Shown here piece after piece: positions 42,551 to 58,120 of a stretch of 64,000 bases of DNA (position 1 is its first letter; every line of letters starts with the position of its first letter). This DNA is from the human T2T-CHM13v2.0 reference genome, Homo sapiens, in NCBI RefSeq assembly GCF_009914755.1, contig NC_060926.1. One strand, given 5' to 3'. The notes below the pieces were generated by a model. That model did not search any database, was not told the DNA's origin, and saw only the letters and a list, made by a program, of their open reading frames with translations. The translations under genes and the position numbers were made by a program.

Positions 42551-43580
42551 AGCAACTCATATAATAAGCACCTTTTAGTACATTTTCTGTGCAAGTATAA
42601 AGCATATAAGATGGTAAATATTACTGCCCTTATCTTGCAAACATCGGCAGGTTAGGCATACGCATGAAAAGTTGCGAGTGCAGAGTCAACAGAAGTGGAG
42701 GACAGTGTGGGAAGGATGCCCGGTGCCCAACACAGCCGAGTAAACAGTGGGGCTTCAATACATTTTATTATTTTTCCCTGTACACCATATTTACCCCAAC
42801 ACACTCTCTAAATGTCACCATTTCTTAATCCCTGTCTTGGTGTCCCTCAAGCTTTTCCTGTTGACCCCCTGAGGTCACCTCATTCCCTCAGTTAGGACCT
42901 CTCTGCTGATGAATCTGCTGATGAGGCAAATGAGGTGCCCTCTGAGACCAGCATCCCTTGTCTGTAACAACCTGAGGGATACATGTTTTGTGAACCCATC
43001 ACAGACAATCAGTCTAGAGCAGCTAGATTCTTTTCCTCTCCAAACTCTCTTCCCCTCCCTAGTCACGACCCCTGCCAACGGCTCTGTCTGACATCCCTAC
43101 TGGCCCACTGGACTAACCTAAGTTTTTAATTCTGCTGCCATCTCCAACTTCTCTCCACCATTTTTGTCCAAACAGATCTTAAATTCTCTCAATTACTCTC
43201 TTCTGTATTTCTTGCAAACCTCCCTTTATTTCCCACCATCATTGTCAGCTTTGCAATTTCCACCACCAATAGTTCTTAACAGCCGTGTGGTGACTCCGGA
43301 GTGGTTTGATGTTGGTCATAGGTCATCTGTTTTCAAATGAATAAAGTGTACCAATTATTTACTTAATATTTGGGAGAGATTTAAGTTTATGTATATAATA
43401 TGCAAGACTAAGAATGAAGGGATGAGTAGAGAAAATAGTGAAGTGGAAGCTGGTAGCCTATGAGTCTATCCCTACCTGGACACAGTGGTGCAGCTAGTCT
43501 TTGTGCTTGGGAGCCATGCATAGGATAATTATTTGGGAAAGCAAATGGAATTGAAAGAAGATGAGAAAATGTGAAGGAAG

Positions 43581-43885
43581 GGCCGGGCGCAGTGGCTCAC
43601 GCCTATAATCCCAGCACTTTGGGAGGCCGAGGTGGGCCGATCACTTGATGTCAGGAGTTTCAGACCAACCTGGCCAACATGGCAAAACACCATCTCTACT
43701 AAAAATACAAAAACTAGACAGGTTTGGTGGCACATGCCTATAGTCTGAGCTGCTCGAGAGGCTGAGGCATTAGAATCACTTGAGCCCAGGAGGCGGAGGT
43801 TGCAGTGAGCTGAGATTGTGCGGCTGCACTCCAGCCTGGATGACAGAGTGAGACTCTTTCTCCAAAAAAAAAAAAAAAAAAAAAA
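43581..43885 (+). mobile_element. AluS (Sz-like)
   Basis: Full-length Alu with an A22 tail. TSD GTGAAGGAAG at 43571-43580 and 43888-43897. Confidence 0.92.
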
Positions 43886-44394
43886 GAGTGAAGGAAGGAC
43901 AAAGATTTTCTGGAGGTAGAGTCAGATTAGGGTTGGAAGCTAGAAAAGGTAGTCAATTTCTTTCTTAAGCAGGAATTTACTGAGTTCCTAGTGATGAAAG
44001 ACAAGGAGTTTGGTAGGTAGTAAGGGAGTGGATATGCTGTGTAGAGGAGAAAGGAAAGGCATGTTGATCAGGTCGTTTGGGTTTCATGTGACCTGACACT
44101 TTTGGCAGAGGCAAAAAAAAGTGAGGTGCGAGGTTGGAGTAGCCTTTGACATACAAGGGACAGGGACAGTAAAGTGGCCATAGGTTTGAGACACTTGTAA
44201 GTTTGAGTTGTGTAACTCAAGGCTGCAGGAATAATGATGACAATGATAATAATTAACCTTTATTAGATGTTTGCGGTGTAGCAGGCACAGTGCTAAATGC
44301 TCTGCATGGGTAATCTCACTAATGGCTTTGTCTCATCAGGGCCCTGCTGACTCATATTTGTCTTGGTTGACACACATGTGTGAGTGGCAGCATC

Positions 44395-44548
44395 AACCTG
44401 GAAGCCAGACAGGTCTAGATTCAAATTCTAGCCTTATCATTGCCCAGTCGTGTGACCTTGGACAAGTCAATTAATATGCATGACATTTATTTTAATGGGA
44501 ATAATTATCCACCTGTTAGGGTTTTTGTGAGAATATTGGAGATAAATA
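44395..44548 (+). mobile_element. MIR
   Basis: ggaagccagac...gattcaaattctagc...tgtgaccttggacaagtca. Confidence 0.7.
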
Positions 44549-44957
44549 TGTGGCATGGAATAGATTGCTAACTGTCCTCAAAAATCAATTTCCCTCCTCT
44601 TATTCCTGGGAGCATAGCTGGACTACATTTCTTGGCCAATCTTACTGTTAGTTGTAGCATTGTGAGAAGAAAGCTCTTCCTGTGGAAGGTGAACAGAAGT
44701 GGTGTGTGCTATTTCAGGCCTGGTCCTTCACCCACCATTGTGCTTCTCCATACACTGTCTCCTTTTTAGCTGTTGGTTGGAGGTGCCCAGAACAACCTTG
44801 AAGGCCACAGTTGAAGATGGCAAAGCTGCTTTTGCCCTGGGGTCTTAAATAAAATGCTGAGAAATACCAACCCAGACCACTCGATGAGAAAGAAAGAAAC
44901 TTGTTCTGAAAGTCCCTGATATTTTGGAGTTTGTTGTCATCTGTCCTACTCTAATAT
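44549..44957 (+). mobile_element. MLT1J-like MaLR solo LTR
   Basis: gctggactacatttc...cagaagtggtgtgtgctatttcaggcctgg...gttgaagatggcaaagc...gagaaagaaagaaactt. Confidence 0.7.
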
Positions 44958-45732
44958 CTAAGGTTAAGAGTCTAGTACCCTGGGTGGTTGCTAGCACTTG
45001 TTCAGCAAATGCTTCTCACATCAGGGCAGGGTAAGAGTTTTATATCTACCATCTGGTGAAAAGTGGATACATACAGTAGGTGTTAAGTACATTTTTATTG
45101 ATGGATTAATTAGTATTGCTTGGCCAATTTGAAGAAAAGAAATAACCAAAAATTCTTCCTCAAAACGAAATCTATATTTGACCTAATTTAACCGGAGACT
45201 ACTCTTCTTCAGTGACACAGTATTTACTACCTGTGATTGAGTTGCCTTCCCTCTTGTGAGCACACATCGTGGCTGCTGTTTATTGAATTACGGGCCCTTG
45301 GCTGTTTTATTCCCTTTTTCAACTGTTTCGTGAAAAAACAACAACAAAACTTGGCATGCTAGAAAGAACAACTGTTTAACAATGGGGGCTACTAAATCCA
45401 TTAGCACACACAGCCTGAGAGGGTGTTAAGGTTAAGAAATTTGAACCCCCAGCTCTCTAAGCTCTAGAAATGCAAAGCTGCATTTGGAAAGGTCTCTTGA
45501 GTGGGCCAAAGGAAGCCCTTCATCACTTTGGCAAATCACTGGAGCTTTCTGAGATCCATTTTCCTCTGTAAGATGTGTGAAGGTCCTCTGTCCCTCAGTA
45601 CATTTTATACTCAATCCTTTGTAGTTGGCTGGGCTGTTGAAGATCACATGAATAATGCATGTCATGCACTAGGATAAAAGCACATAGTGTTATGCAAAGG
45701 TCGTGCTGCTTACTATTATTTTTATTATTTCA

Positions 45733-45900
45733 CTGGAGTCAGGAGGCCTAGGTTCTAGTCCTGACTCTGCCACTAATTAACCACTCTTCTTGAGTCAAAT
45801 CAGTTACCTTCTCTGGGCCTTTGTTCCTCATCTATAAAACAACACTGTTGATCCAAATGATCTCCAGGGTCCCTGCTAGCCCTGGAATTCTGTGATTTTA
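45733..45900 (+). mobile_element. MIR3/MIRc
   Basis: ctggagtcaggaggcctaggttctagtcctgactctgccactaa...cctcatctataaaa...gggtccct...attctgtgatt. Confidence 0.75.
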
Positions 45901-46280
45901 ATTATTTCTGTGATTCTGTTATTAAAAGGCAGCCAGCCTCATCCTTGGCAGTCCTCTATGACAGCCAGCTTTCATTTTTAAAAAGCTAGGGTGAGGCGGG
46001 GCTCCATGCCGCATCCTTCTTATGGCACTGCATCTTTGGGAGTGGCTCTGCGGCAGACCTATCAGGGAGTAGCAGCAGGGTAGCCAGCAAGGGCCATTTA
46101 CCACTCGAAGCCCTGGACAAGTGTGAGAAAGGACTTCTGGCCTGAGCCATTATTCTCTTAAAGACAGCATATGTTTTATTGTCAGTTTAAAGAGGGCTCC
46201 ATTGATACCCCCTACAAGCCAGTAAGCCAGTGTTGATTTCCTCCTTGACATATGTCTTGAGGCTCTTTGCTAAAGGAATA

Positions 46281-46284
<4 letters not shown>

Positions 46285-46326
<42 letters not shown>
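46285..46326 (+). repeat. (GT)21 microsatellite
   Basis: Read directly. Confidence 0.95.
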
Positions 46327-46330
<4 letters not shown>

Positions 46331-47699
46331 GGAGGCTGTCCTGTCCACTGCTGGCACCACAGAGCACCCCAAAACCTTCCTTAATAATTCTCTCTGGGTT
46401 CGATTGTGCCTTTTTGATACCGTACCTGTAACAAATGGCTTCCCCAAATGGCTTTTCTCCTGCTTCCAGCCTCTGTTTTCACTCTGTAATTTATAATTAC
46501 TCTATTTTTTATGCCCCTCCATTTTATACCTCTTTAAATCTTATCTTGGCTTGAAAGAGCTTCCTTTATGAGCCACAGTGAAGGAGCAACAAGGAGCTCA
46601 CATTTGGCTGCTTTTGTATTTGAGTCACACTGATGGTCTTATTTTATCCCTTGGAAGCCTTGAATGTAGCACCCTTATGAGTGCCCTGCATGCAAAGCTG
46701 TTATCCATCCTGCCCTTTGCAACAATTCAGAAATTTACAGGTCTGTATTCTCTGACTCCATATTTAACTGGTTTTATATCCATTTTTGAACAGTAGTTAT
46801 CCCCCATTCTACCCCCAAATTATAGGCAAAAGCCCTACTCCTGCACCTCCTTTGTCTCCTATTGGTCCTGAGACTGTCCGTGTTTTTACAGTGAAGGGAC
46901 CTGCAAGGTCAGGAAAAGGAAATGGTTTTTAAATGCTTCCTATTTTATGAGACTACCAATGCCTAGAGAAAAACGCCATCATTCTAGGGAGGAATAAGAA
47001 GACTGGATTATTTTTTAACATGAGTCTTTCATGTTAGTGATCCAGCCAGTTAGGCCACCCAAGATATTGGGGATCAACAACCTGGTTCAGTATATTTTCA
47101 GGCCTTTGCTGTACCTTTGGGACCCTTTGTTTAAATAAAAACTTAGAGAGTAGCAACACAAACAGTGGAATGGCTCCTATTGAGGATGGAGGGTACTGGC
47201 TCTGTGCGGAGGGAGAAGAGAAACCAGATCTCATTCCTCATGTTAGCAGCTTCTGAAGGGGTCCTCTGTACCCCTATTGATGTGTATAATTTAATTGTGA
47301 AGCACGCATTTGTCCTTTACTAAAATAATTTCAGGTAATGGGGATCCTGTTAGAAAGACACCTTTTAGAAATTTTGTTTTGTTTTTCCAATGACCCTGAA
47401 ATTAGAATTTCAGAGTAATCAGCAAAGGAAGAGATTTTATCAGCTATCTCCTAGATTTATTTTCCTACACATGCCCCCTTTCCCTTTTTTCAACACGTAA
47501 AGTAACAAAGGTATAAGAAGCTATAATTACATGGCTAATTAATAATGGAACTGATCTAGGTTAAGATGTTCTTGATATGTGATGATAGGAGTGCATTTTC
47601 ATTAATGCACTCTAGTTCCAGGGGTCTTCTTGCTGGAGCTGTAGAACCAATGGGTGAAAGCTATTACTTCCAGGGAAGGAGGTATCTAGGTTATCAGCC

Positions 47700-48040
47700 A
47701 GGCAGCAGAGGTAGCATTGTAGATCCATATAAGCACTTACTAGCTGGGTGAAGCTGGCAAAGTTATTTAGCCTCTCTGAGCCTCGGTTTTCTCATCTTTG
47801 AAATGGGGATAATGGTATTTACTTCTATAAAACTTTGTGAGAATTCTTTATGAAATAGTTACATGTTAAGTATCTGAAGCTTAGTAAGTAGTAAAGGAAT
47901 GATATTTATAATTATTGTTATTATTTTCTACTAGAGTCTAGTCTAGTGACTATAAATCCCTTAGGGTCAAGGATTTTGTTATATGCATAGCTTGTATCTG
48001 TGCACCCAGCAGGTACTCCATAAATGTGTGTTGAATGAAC
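47700..48040 (+). mobile_element. MIR followed by an L2 3' end
   Basis: cacttactagctgggtg...cctctctgagcctcggttttctcatctttgaaatgggg; gtactccataaatgtgtgttgaatgaa. Confidence 0.7.
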
Positions 48041-48671
48041 AAGTGACATCCTCAGGGCTTGAAGTCCTTTGCCTTATATTGAGTCAAGTAAACATATACT
48101 TTACCCTCCCACCTGAGCAGTGGAGTGGGAAAGAAACCCCATTCCAATTTTAAGGCCCAACGTTTAAAGTTTTCTCCAAGGAAGCCTTCCCTAATCCTCC
48201 AGAATTAAGACATTTTCCTTTCTCTGAGTTTGTCTATCACATTGCTTTTGCCTTTATCAGGGTATTTTATCATAGTCAGGCTGTCACACCAGCTGCACTT
48301 CTGTTTGTAGGCCCCTGAGTGCTGGAGCTGTGGCAACTGTCACATTCTCCATAATACCAGGCCCCTCAAATCACACTTGGCAGGCTCTCAATTTTTATTT
48401 AGTTGGAGGGAGCAAGAATTAACAATACTGTAGTATTTTTGGTGCCAAATCTCAAATTCCTTTGCAGTCCTCTTCTTCATACATATTTGAAAGAGTATAG
48501 TTTCTGCCTTCAAGGAGCATCTAACTTAACAGAAATTGTACTCTCTTTGGAGTACATAGTGACAAGAGAGACTGACTTTCAATGTTTCCTGCTAATAGCA
48601 GGTGCCCAGTAAGTGATCACTGATGGGCGAAATAAATGAAAAGCACAAAAGCTGTTATTTTGTTTGCTAGT

Positions 48672-48790
48672 GAAGAATAATAAGGCACAGAAAAGTTAGG
48701 TGATTTACCCAAGGCCACACAGTGAGTGAAAGATAGAAGGAGGAGCAGGATCTGGGTCTGCCATCTCCTGAGCTGGTGTTCCTTCAAGCA
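48672..48790 (-). mobile_element. MIR fragment
   Basis: aggcacagaaaagttaggtgatttacccaaggccacacag. Confidence 0.7.
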
Positions 48791-51700
48791 CGCAATGCAG
48801 CATACTGGTGTTATGGATCCTATCCCCAATTTTCAGCTGTGAATAGCCACCCCCTTCCTGCTTCCATGATACATTGTCTTTATTTATTTTTTCCTAAAAA
48901 TATAAGTATTTGGAGAAAAAGAATACCTTCTGACCAAATGTGCCTTTGGTAGAAATTCTGGGACCAATTTATTACATCAAATCCTTACTTAGATTTCAGA
49001 ATTCATTTGAATACATTAGTTTCACAATTTGCATATCTAATTATGTTTTCCTCTGTCACCAACCACAAGCAATTTTCCCCCTTTTAGGATCATTGTGTCT
49101 TTAAATGTAAGACAGAAGATACAGGAATTACCATAGCAACTTGCTTTCCAATTAGACTGCAATTGCTGACAATCAATATGATTAGACAAGGTCAGTGACT
49201 GAGTAAGCCCAAAGTACTTAAAGAGAGCTAGAGATGTGCAGGGACAATGAGGAAACGTGAAAACTATTGGAAATCTCTCCCCAGAGTTGAGTGTGATTTT
49301 TTTTCATTGCTTGCTGCTTGTGTAACCTAAAGATATGTCTTATAGTAGAAACAGTTTATAACCTGCCAAGAAGAACCTGAGCATGGATTCTAAAGGATGT
49401 TCAGTTATGGTTGCTTTTTCTTTCTTCTAGCACCTAAATGCTGTGCAAAAGTAAGGGGGAAAATCACCAATTTGAAAGTGAGAATAAGTAGTAGCTGAAA
49501 GGGGAGTTGATGAAGAGGCCAACGCAGGAGGGCTGTTTTCAGCTCAGATAAGGAAAGAGGGCATTTGAGAGGAAAACGGATGGTCTGCAACCAAGCTGCC
49601 TGCACTGGGGGCTGTGTGCAAGCTGGAGCCTGGCATACAGCATCATGGGAAGCATGGCGAGCCTTTCACCCTGCATCCCTGGGCCCCTTTGAGAGCCCTC
49701 CTCCCCCCTGTTCCCTATACTAGTCTCTGCTGTAAGAAAAAAAATCATTTACCCCCAAGTGCCAGTGTCTGAGGACTAAAGTCTGTTTGGAGGGGAGGGG
49801 ATTACATTTTAATAGGGAGCAAAGCTTTAATAAGAGAATTGTCATGAATACAGGGCACAAAGGGGCAGGGACTGGAGGTATTTTTAGAGCTTTAAGTCCT
49901 TTCTGGAGCCCCTTATATCACATCTGTCATATACTATGATTTTATAGCAGGCTGGATATCAATGGGCTTTAGGTCCTCAGCCACTGAAGGAAAAGATGAA
50001 GTGAGGTAATTATTGTAGTGGCTGAATTGTAGACGTCTCTCAGGCACAGTGCAACACTGCAGAAAGTAAACACAAAGCCAGCTATCAGGGAGCATTTGTG
50101 TTGAGGAAACAAGACCCAGAGTCTGGAGGGCTCAAATGTTTAATATCTGTAGGAGAACTTACAGTGATTGACTTTCTGCCTGCCACTCCCTTCCTCTCCC
50201 CTTCCCCAGTTATTCTTAACCTGAGGACTGAGTAGGAGGAAGCCAGTTCTAACACAGGAGAGGATGAGAGCTAGAGCTCATGAAAGCTGGTGAGATGAGG
50301 CCTTGGATTTTCAGAGTATTGCCTGACCCCCCTTCCGAGGTCCCAAGGAGTTAAGAAAAGTCTGATCAGCAAAGAATGTGGTTAACTTCCCCAAATCTCC
50401 TCTATTAAGGAGTCACTGTGGCCCTGTGGATACCTTTAGAGCAAAGTGGTATATGCAGGTGTCAATAGCTGGCATCTAGTTTTAGTTTTCCACTTGCTTA
50501 TTAGTAGTGTGGTCTGGAAAAGACCCTTTAGTTCTCCAAATCTCAAGTGTAAAGTGAGTAAAAAACTGTCTCTTATCTACTTCATATGATCAATGTAAAG
50601 ATTAAATTATGTCTGTGAAAGCATTTGGTAAACTGTAAAGCATTTAACACATAAACACCTTTTTGGAATGATTAGAATTATTATTATCCCTGGTGTTATT
50701 ACAGTTTTCTTTGACGATACTGCGATTCCCTGCCCCATTCTGTATTCCCTTTTCTCCTTGCCATTATTCTTTTCTTCCAGACACCCATTTTTGAGATGAA
50801 ACTCATAATCGACTTGATACATGGACTCCCAGAGCTATTAGTCTAGACCTAGCATTTCTCACCCCTGGAGAAATAGATGGAAGGGTTAGAAGGAGGGTGG
50901 CATTTAACACAGAAGATGGTATTTGAAGGTGGAATTTGGGCATTAGGGATAAGCCAGCAAAGGTGTTTTATTTTAACATTCTCTTTTGTGGCAACAAGCC
51001 CTCCCAGTGCCCCTCACGCAATGCTGCAGATGGGGCTGCTTCCTCTGCTTACACAGGTGGCTACCCAGTGTCACATTCGACGTGTTTCAACGTCTTTAAG
51101 CATCAAGCCTGGTCTTTATAGGCCTTATACTTTATATAAAGCATTGCTCTTTTAGAACTTGGGATGGCTGTGTTAAACCATGTTCTTTATTGCTGCTGAA
51201 GGCAAATCACTGATAATTACAGGAGAGGGACAGGGACAGAAATGTTAACAATGTCCTAAACAGGTCCTTGTATGCAACTTGCTCCCATGAGCATGGTTTT
51301 CTTACGTGCTTTATTTGATTTCACATTGCCTTTCATTTTCGAAGGGTCTCTGCCAGTGACAGAAGAGACCAAGGACAATTGGCATTTTAGGTATGTATTA
51401 ACATCATGCCCATCCAAGGGGCAAAGCCATGGAGTGTAATTCCTCAGTGGTATCCTCTTCTCTGCCTCCCACCAGGGAAGTGTTTTGGATCCAGAGGCCT
51501 CTGTGGCTATGCCTACCTTGGCTGTAACCACCCCTCCACTCCACTCCAGCTTCCCTAAGTGGCATTTAAGGCTCTTGATCCACCTTGACTCCTAATCCTC
51601 TATCAAAACATCAGCCTATGAGATCATCATATTATAGAATTACAGAACTACAGAATAACGCTTAGTGAGAGAAGGGACCTAAGAGATTATTTATTTTGGC

Positions 51701-52399
51701 TCTCTCAGGAATCTAAGGCCTCAAGAAGGTGACTGGTCAAAACCACTCATGGGTGCTGGTGGTTTGTATGTTACTATTTACAGGCAACAGCTTTGCATTT
51801 AATAAAGGACTACAGTCCTTAAAGCATGAGGAAGATGAAAATTTCAAGCACTCTGAGAAGCCAGTAGGAGGAGAAATCTTTGAGCAAGTAGAGCTGTAGA
51901 TAGGTATTTCTTAGATCATAAGATGCAGAACTTAGTAACTTTCATTTGAGGTCAACATCATTAGCAAGTTTAAGCATGTAGATTTCATTTGAAAAGTTCA
52001 GCAACACTTCTCTTACTCCCTTTCTTTCTTCTCAAACCCATGATCGATACATGGATAGGTAGATATAGATACTGTATCTGTTAGATTCTAACAAAAAGAA
52101 AGGTAGATATATGTACCATGTATTTTAGATTCTCTATTATGATGGACATTAATCAACATCTGTAGCCATGATTATTTATACTTCAGGGACACTCCCATTG
52201 GAAACATGTATCCAAATTGTGATGAGAGGTACGGTGGCTGATTTTGTTCTCAAGGAAATTATTTTTCTTCCTCTTTTGGGGTCTGAAATTTATTACCACC
52301 AAAAAAAGGTTAGACTTGTTATCTTTGATCTGTGTTTCATCATCTCCAGTTACCCTTTTTTATGTTCATTTATTTTATTTACTCTCCACTTAAACATTG

Positions 52400-52542
52400 T
52401 TATATATAAATACCTATATCCTTATTTATATGGATATATTTTATATATAAATTAAAAAATCATGTTATATATTGTTATATCTTACCTATTTCTCTATATT
52501 TGCATCTGTATATCTATATCTATATCTATATCTATATATAAA
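52400..52542. repeat. AT-rich low-complexity tract ending in (TATATC)n
   Basis: Read directly. Confidence 0.75.
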
Positions 52543-52809
52543 TACATAGGGCACAGTCAGGGCTGCAGCTTTGGACAAATTGGCCTTTGGTGTGTGTGTT
52601 CTCAGCATCTTGTTTCCATAATGTCTTCCCTCTTTCTAGCATTTCTTCTTTGTCTAGATGCTCAGTACCATCAGGCAGCCCCAGTTTGTCAAGGTAGAAC
52701 ATAATCTAAACTATGTCTTTTACTAATTTATTGGTTACCTCTCTCTGGCATTTTTGTATCTTTAAAGGAGAGGGTGATAAACTATCACAAAGACTAAAAC
52801 AGTGATGTT

Positions 52810-54930
<2,121 letters not shown>

Positions 54931-55764
54931 AGAAATTGTAATGATAACATTTCAAACCCTAACGGGAAAGATTTTATTGTACGTGTATTTGAGAACGTGT
55001 GCATATGTGCTGGATGAGTATGCCTTCTGAGACTTCAAAAAATATCTCTATTTCCATGAGGCCCTGTACATGTCCTAACTAAATCTAAAGTACAGTTTTC
55101 ACACATCCATAGACTCAGAATGATATATATTTTTTTACAGGTTATTTTGTTGTAGCAAGTACAATTATATATGTTGCTGCACTCAGTAGATTCTTTTTCT
55201 CTGGGAAACCAGGCTGCAGGTCACTCTAGGGACCCTCTTACATCTTTTGTTTTCTGGTCAGTTTTTGAAGAAGCCCAGGGTCTTTCTTTTTCCTGTGTTA
55301 CCAAGCCTGTAATTTGAAGATGTGATGTCTCTTACATTGATTTCTCTCTAATGATATTCAACATCCATTGACTATAATGACAACATATCACAGAGTCCCT
55401 TTCAGAGAAGTCTCCACCTGCTGCACTGTCTAGACTCAGCCTTCGTGGAGGAGGGCACAGAGCAGCATACAAAGGTCAACAGTGCTCCACTTTCTTGTTA
55501 TCTTTCCAAAATGATTAACAAAAATTTACTTTTCTCATCAAAGTGTCTTCTTGGTGATTTTTAAATTTTTATTCAGCAAGGCTTTTGGCTTAGACTAGAG
55601 GTGACATGTTCCTTGCAGACTTCTACTTTTTTCCAAACTGGTAGCTGAATCCTTTCCACTTGTCACAGTCATGTGTGAGTTCTGCTTTCCTTGATCTCTG
55701 AATTCTTCCTTGTCTTTTTAAATATTTTAATGGCCATCAGTTTCCTCTAAAATATTTTGCAGGT

Positions 55765-55985
55765 ATATAGTTAAGTGAAAAAAGTTGGTTATAAAAGAGC
55801 ATGTGTAATATAATTTTGTTTTATGTGTAAGTAGAGAAAAAGTTGTGGAAAGCTGTTCATCAAAATATTAACCATGGATATCTTATGGTGGAATTATGTA
55901 AAATTTTTGTTCTTTATAACTTTCTACATTGGTGGTTTTTTTTTTCTATAGCAGGCATGTATTACTTTCATAATCATAAAAATGT
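55765..55985 (+). mobile_element. L1ME 3' end fragment
   Basis: ttaagtgaaaaaag...caaaatattaacc...gcatgtattactttcataat. Confidence 0.6.
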
Positions 55986-56349
55986 CCTATCTTAATTGTG
56001 AAAAATAAAATCTGAAGCATTTCCAAAAGCATTTCCAAAAGAGGCAGCATTCCTGGATCCACAACTTGGAGAGTCTATAGGTTATCAAAGGAAGGCATAC
56101 AGTGAATACATAGAGGTGTTCTGTGAAACAACGTATATACTGGAGTTTGCTGCGCTACTTGAAAATCAAATTTGATGTCTACTTTGTTTTTCCTATTCAA
56201 TTGCAATCAGGTTTATTTTAGAAAAAGGCCTTATAAAGTGTTTCAGAAGTGGCCATGGAGATATTGTGAGATGGTTAGACCAGCATGGACTTCTGTCTTG
56301 TAGACTGTGTACCTCAGACTGGGGAGTGGGCTTTCTTAGAAGAGTACCT

Positions 56350-56576
56350 CCCTATCCTTCTAACCCTGCTCTAATTTTTCTCCCTGACCACCTCCAGAAC
56401 TTATCATCTTAATTTCTATATAAGTTACTCAGTTTTTTAAAAAAAGGTCTATTGTTCATTTATCTCTCTCCTGTTCCAAGAATCTAAACCATATGAAGGC
56501 AAGGAACTCTGTCTGTTTTGTCAAGGTTGTCTGTGGCATCTGGTACACAGTAGGTGCTCAGTAAATATGTGTTGAA
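56350..56576 (+). mobile_element. L2 3' end
   Basis: tgaaggcaaggaactctgtctgttttg...tggtacacagtaggtgctcagtaaatatgtgttgaa. Confidence 0.75.
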
Positions 56577-57874
56577 AGTAGGAAGGAATAAATGTGAAAT
56601 GGTTGTCTATGTGGAGAGAGGTATGGTACAGTGCAGGCAAGGGAATGGCATGAGTAGAGATAAGAAGATAAGAAAAAGAATAGCATGGATGTGGGGCCAT
56701 GGGGAGTCTGGCCTGGCAGCAGGGAGGGTCCTTGAAGATGAATAATAGCAAACAAAGTTTAATGATTGGACTGGGAAAAGATGATAAAAGGGACTGTAAA
56801 ATAAAACAGAAGAGAATCAAAATAAGGAGTTAGCATACTCAAGGGGATGTGCTGAGAAGCAGTGCAGGATTTCCTGACATGGCCTTAAATCAGGGCCCAG
56901 CGTTGATTGATAAAGAAGCATTGATTGATTTACTGGAAAGGAAAAGTGGACACTGGTATGCGATTTGGAATAGGAATGGGATAGATGGTTTCTTTCATTG
57001 TCGGTCTATGATACTATTACCTGAGCTAAACATTCAGAGTTTAAAGGCTTTGCATTTGGAATTATTTTCTCTTCAAACTACCTGACAATGCAAGACGGCT
57101 ATACACATGCAGAAACAGAACACTTAGGGAGACACAGACCTTTTTCTTCAGGCTTCTTTGAAACTCTAATTAAATGAAATGGATCTGTGCCTCATGCTTA
57201 GCTCTGATTTTTTTCATACAGCGCATTTGGGAGGCACACCGTGAATATGTATTTGAGTATTTTTGTGGTGCTCATTTGTGATGAGTATGGATAGAAATGG
57301 AACTCACTCAGTGTAAAATGTTTACATGCTACAATGAACACGCCTTTGCTGTTTCTGAAAAGAGACAGCAAGCCTTTTTGCTTAGCCTAGCTTCTGAGGG
57401 TGACATGTCAGGGAGCTCCTCCTGCCATACAGAAATCATGAATTATACTAGAAAATGGAAATTGTAATTAGGATGGGCAGGACTGAGACCCTGTCTTCCT
57501 TCCAGATACGTGCATATCTATTTTAAGATTTCCAAGCTGTATGAAGAATTATTTTAGTCTTCATGTTATTTGATTGATGGTCCTAGAGGATTTTATTTTA
57601 CTATTTCTAGATTATTCTGAGGAAGGCCCAAGATAGGTCTTGGGTCTTTCAATTCTGGAATTGGAAGGGAATCCAAGGAGATCTATACCAGGCAATGCAT
57701 TATTTCCTTGAGATTATCCCCTTGACATCCTTACCTGAAAGGAAGAAGACAGACTCTCTCAGCCTTAGGGAACTTCCTTCCTTTCTCAGCATCAGACATT
57801 TAAAGAAGTGAAAAAAAAAAAGAAAGCACACTGAAGAAATGGTGCAATGATAGTAGCCTAAAGTACCTTAACCA

Positions 57875-58120
57875 GGCTGGGCACAATGGCTCATGCCTTT
57901 TATCTTAGCATGTTGGGAGGCCAAGGCAAGCAGATTGCTTGAGCCTAGGAGTTTGAGACCAGCCTGGCAACATGGTGGGACTGTGTCTATAAGAAATACA
58001 AAAACTAGTTGTGTGCGGTGGTGTGGGCCTGTAGTCCCAGGTACTTGGGAGGCTGAGATGGGTTGATCACCTAAGCCCAGGGATGTTGGGGCTACAGTGA
58101 GCTGTGATTACATCCTGCCC
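57875..58120 (+). mobile_element. AluJ, 3'-truncated and tailless
   Basis: gattgcttgagcctaggagtttgagaccagcctgg...gctacagtgagctgtgatt. Similarity stops at about 58120 with no poly(A). Confidence 0.85.

Noticed and set aside
56015-56041. Short tandem duplication AAGCATTTCCAA x2 (similar cases near 32260 and 42903)
   Set aside because: These are ordinary slippage duplications with no evident functional content.
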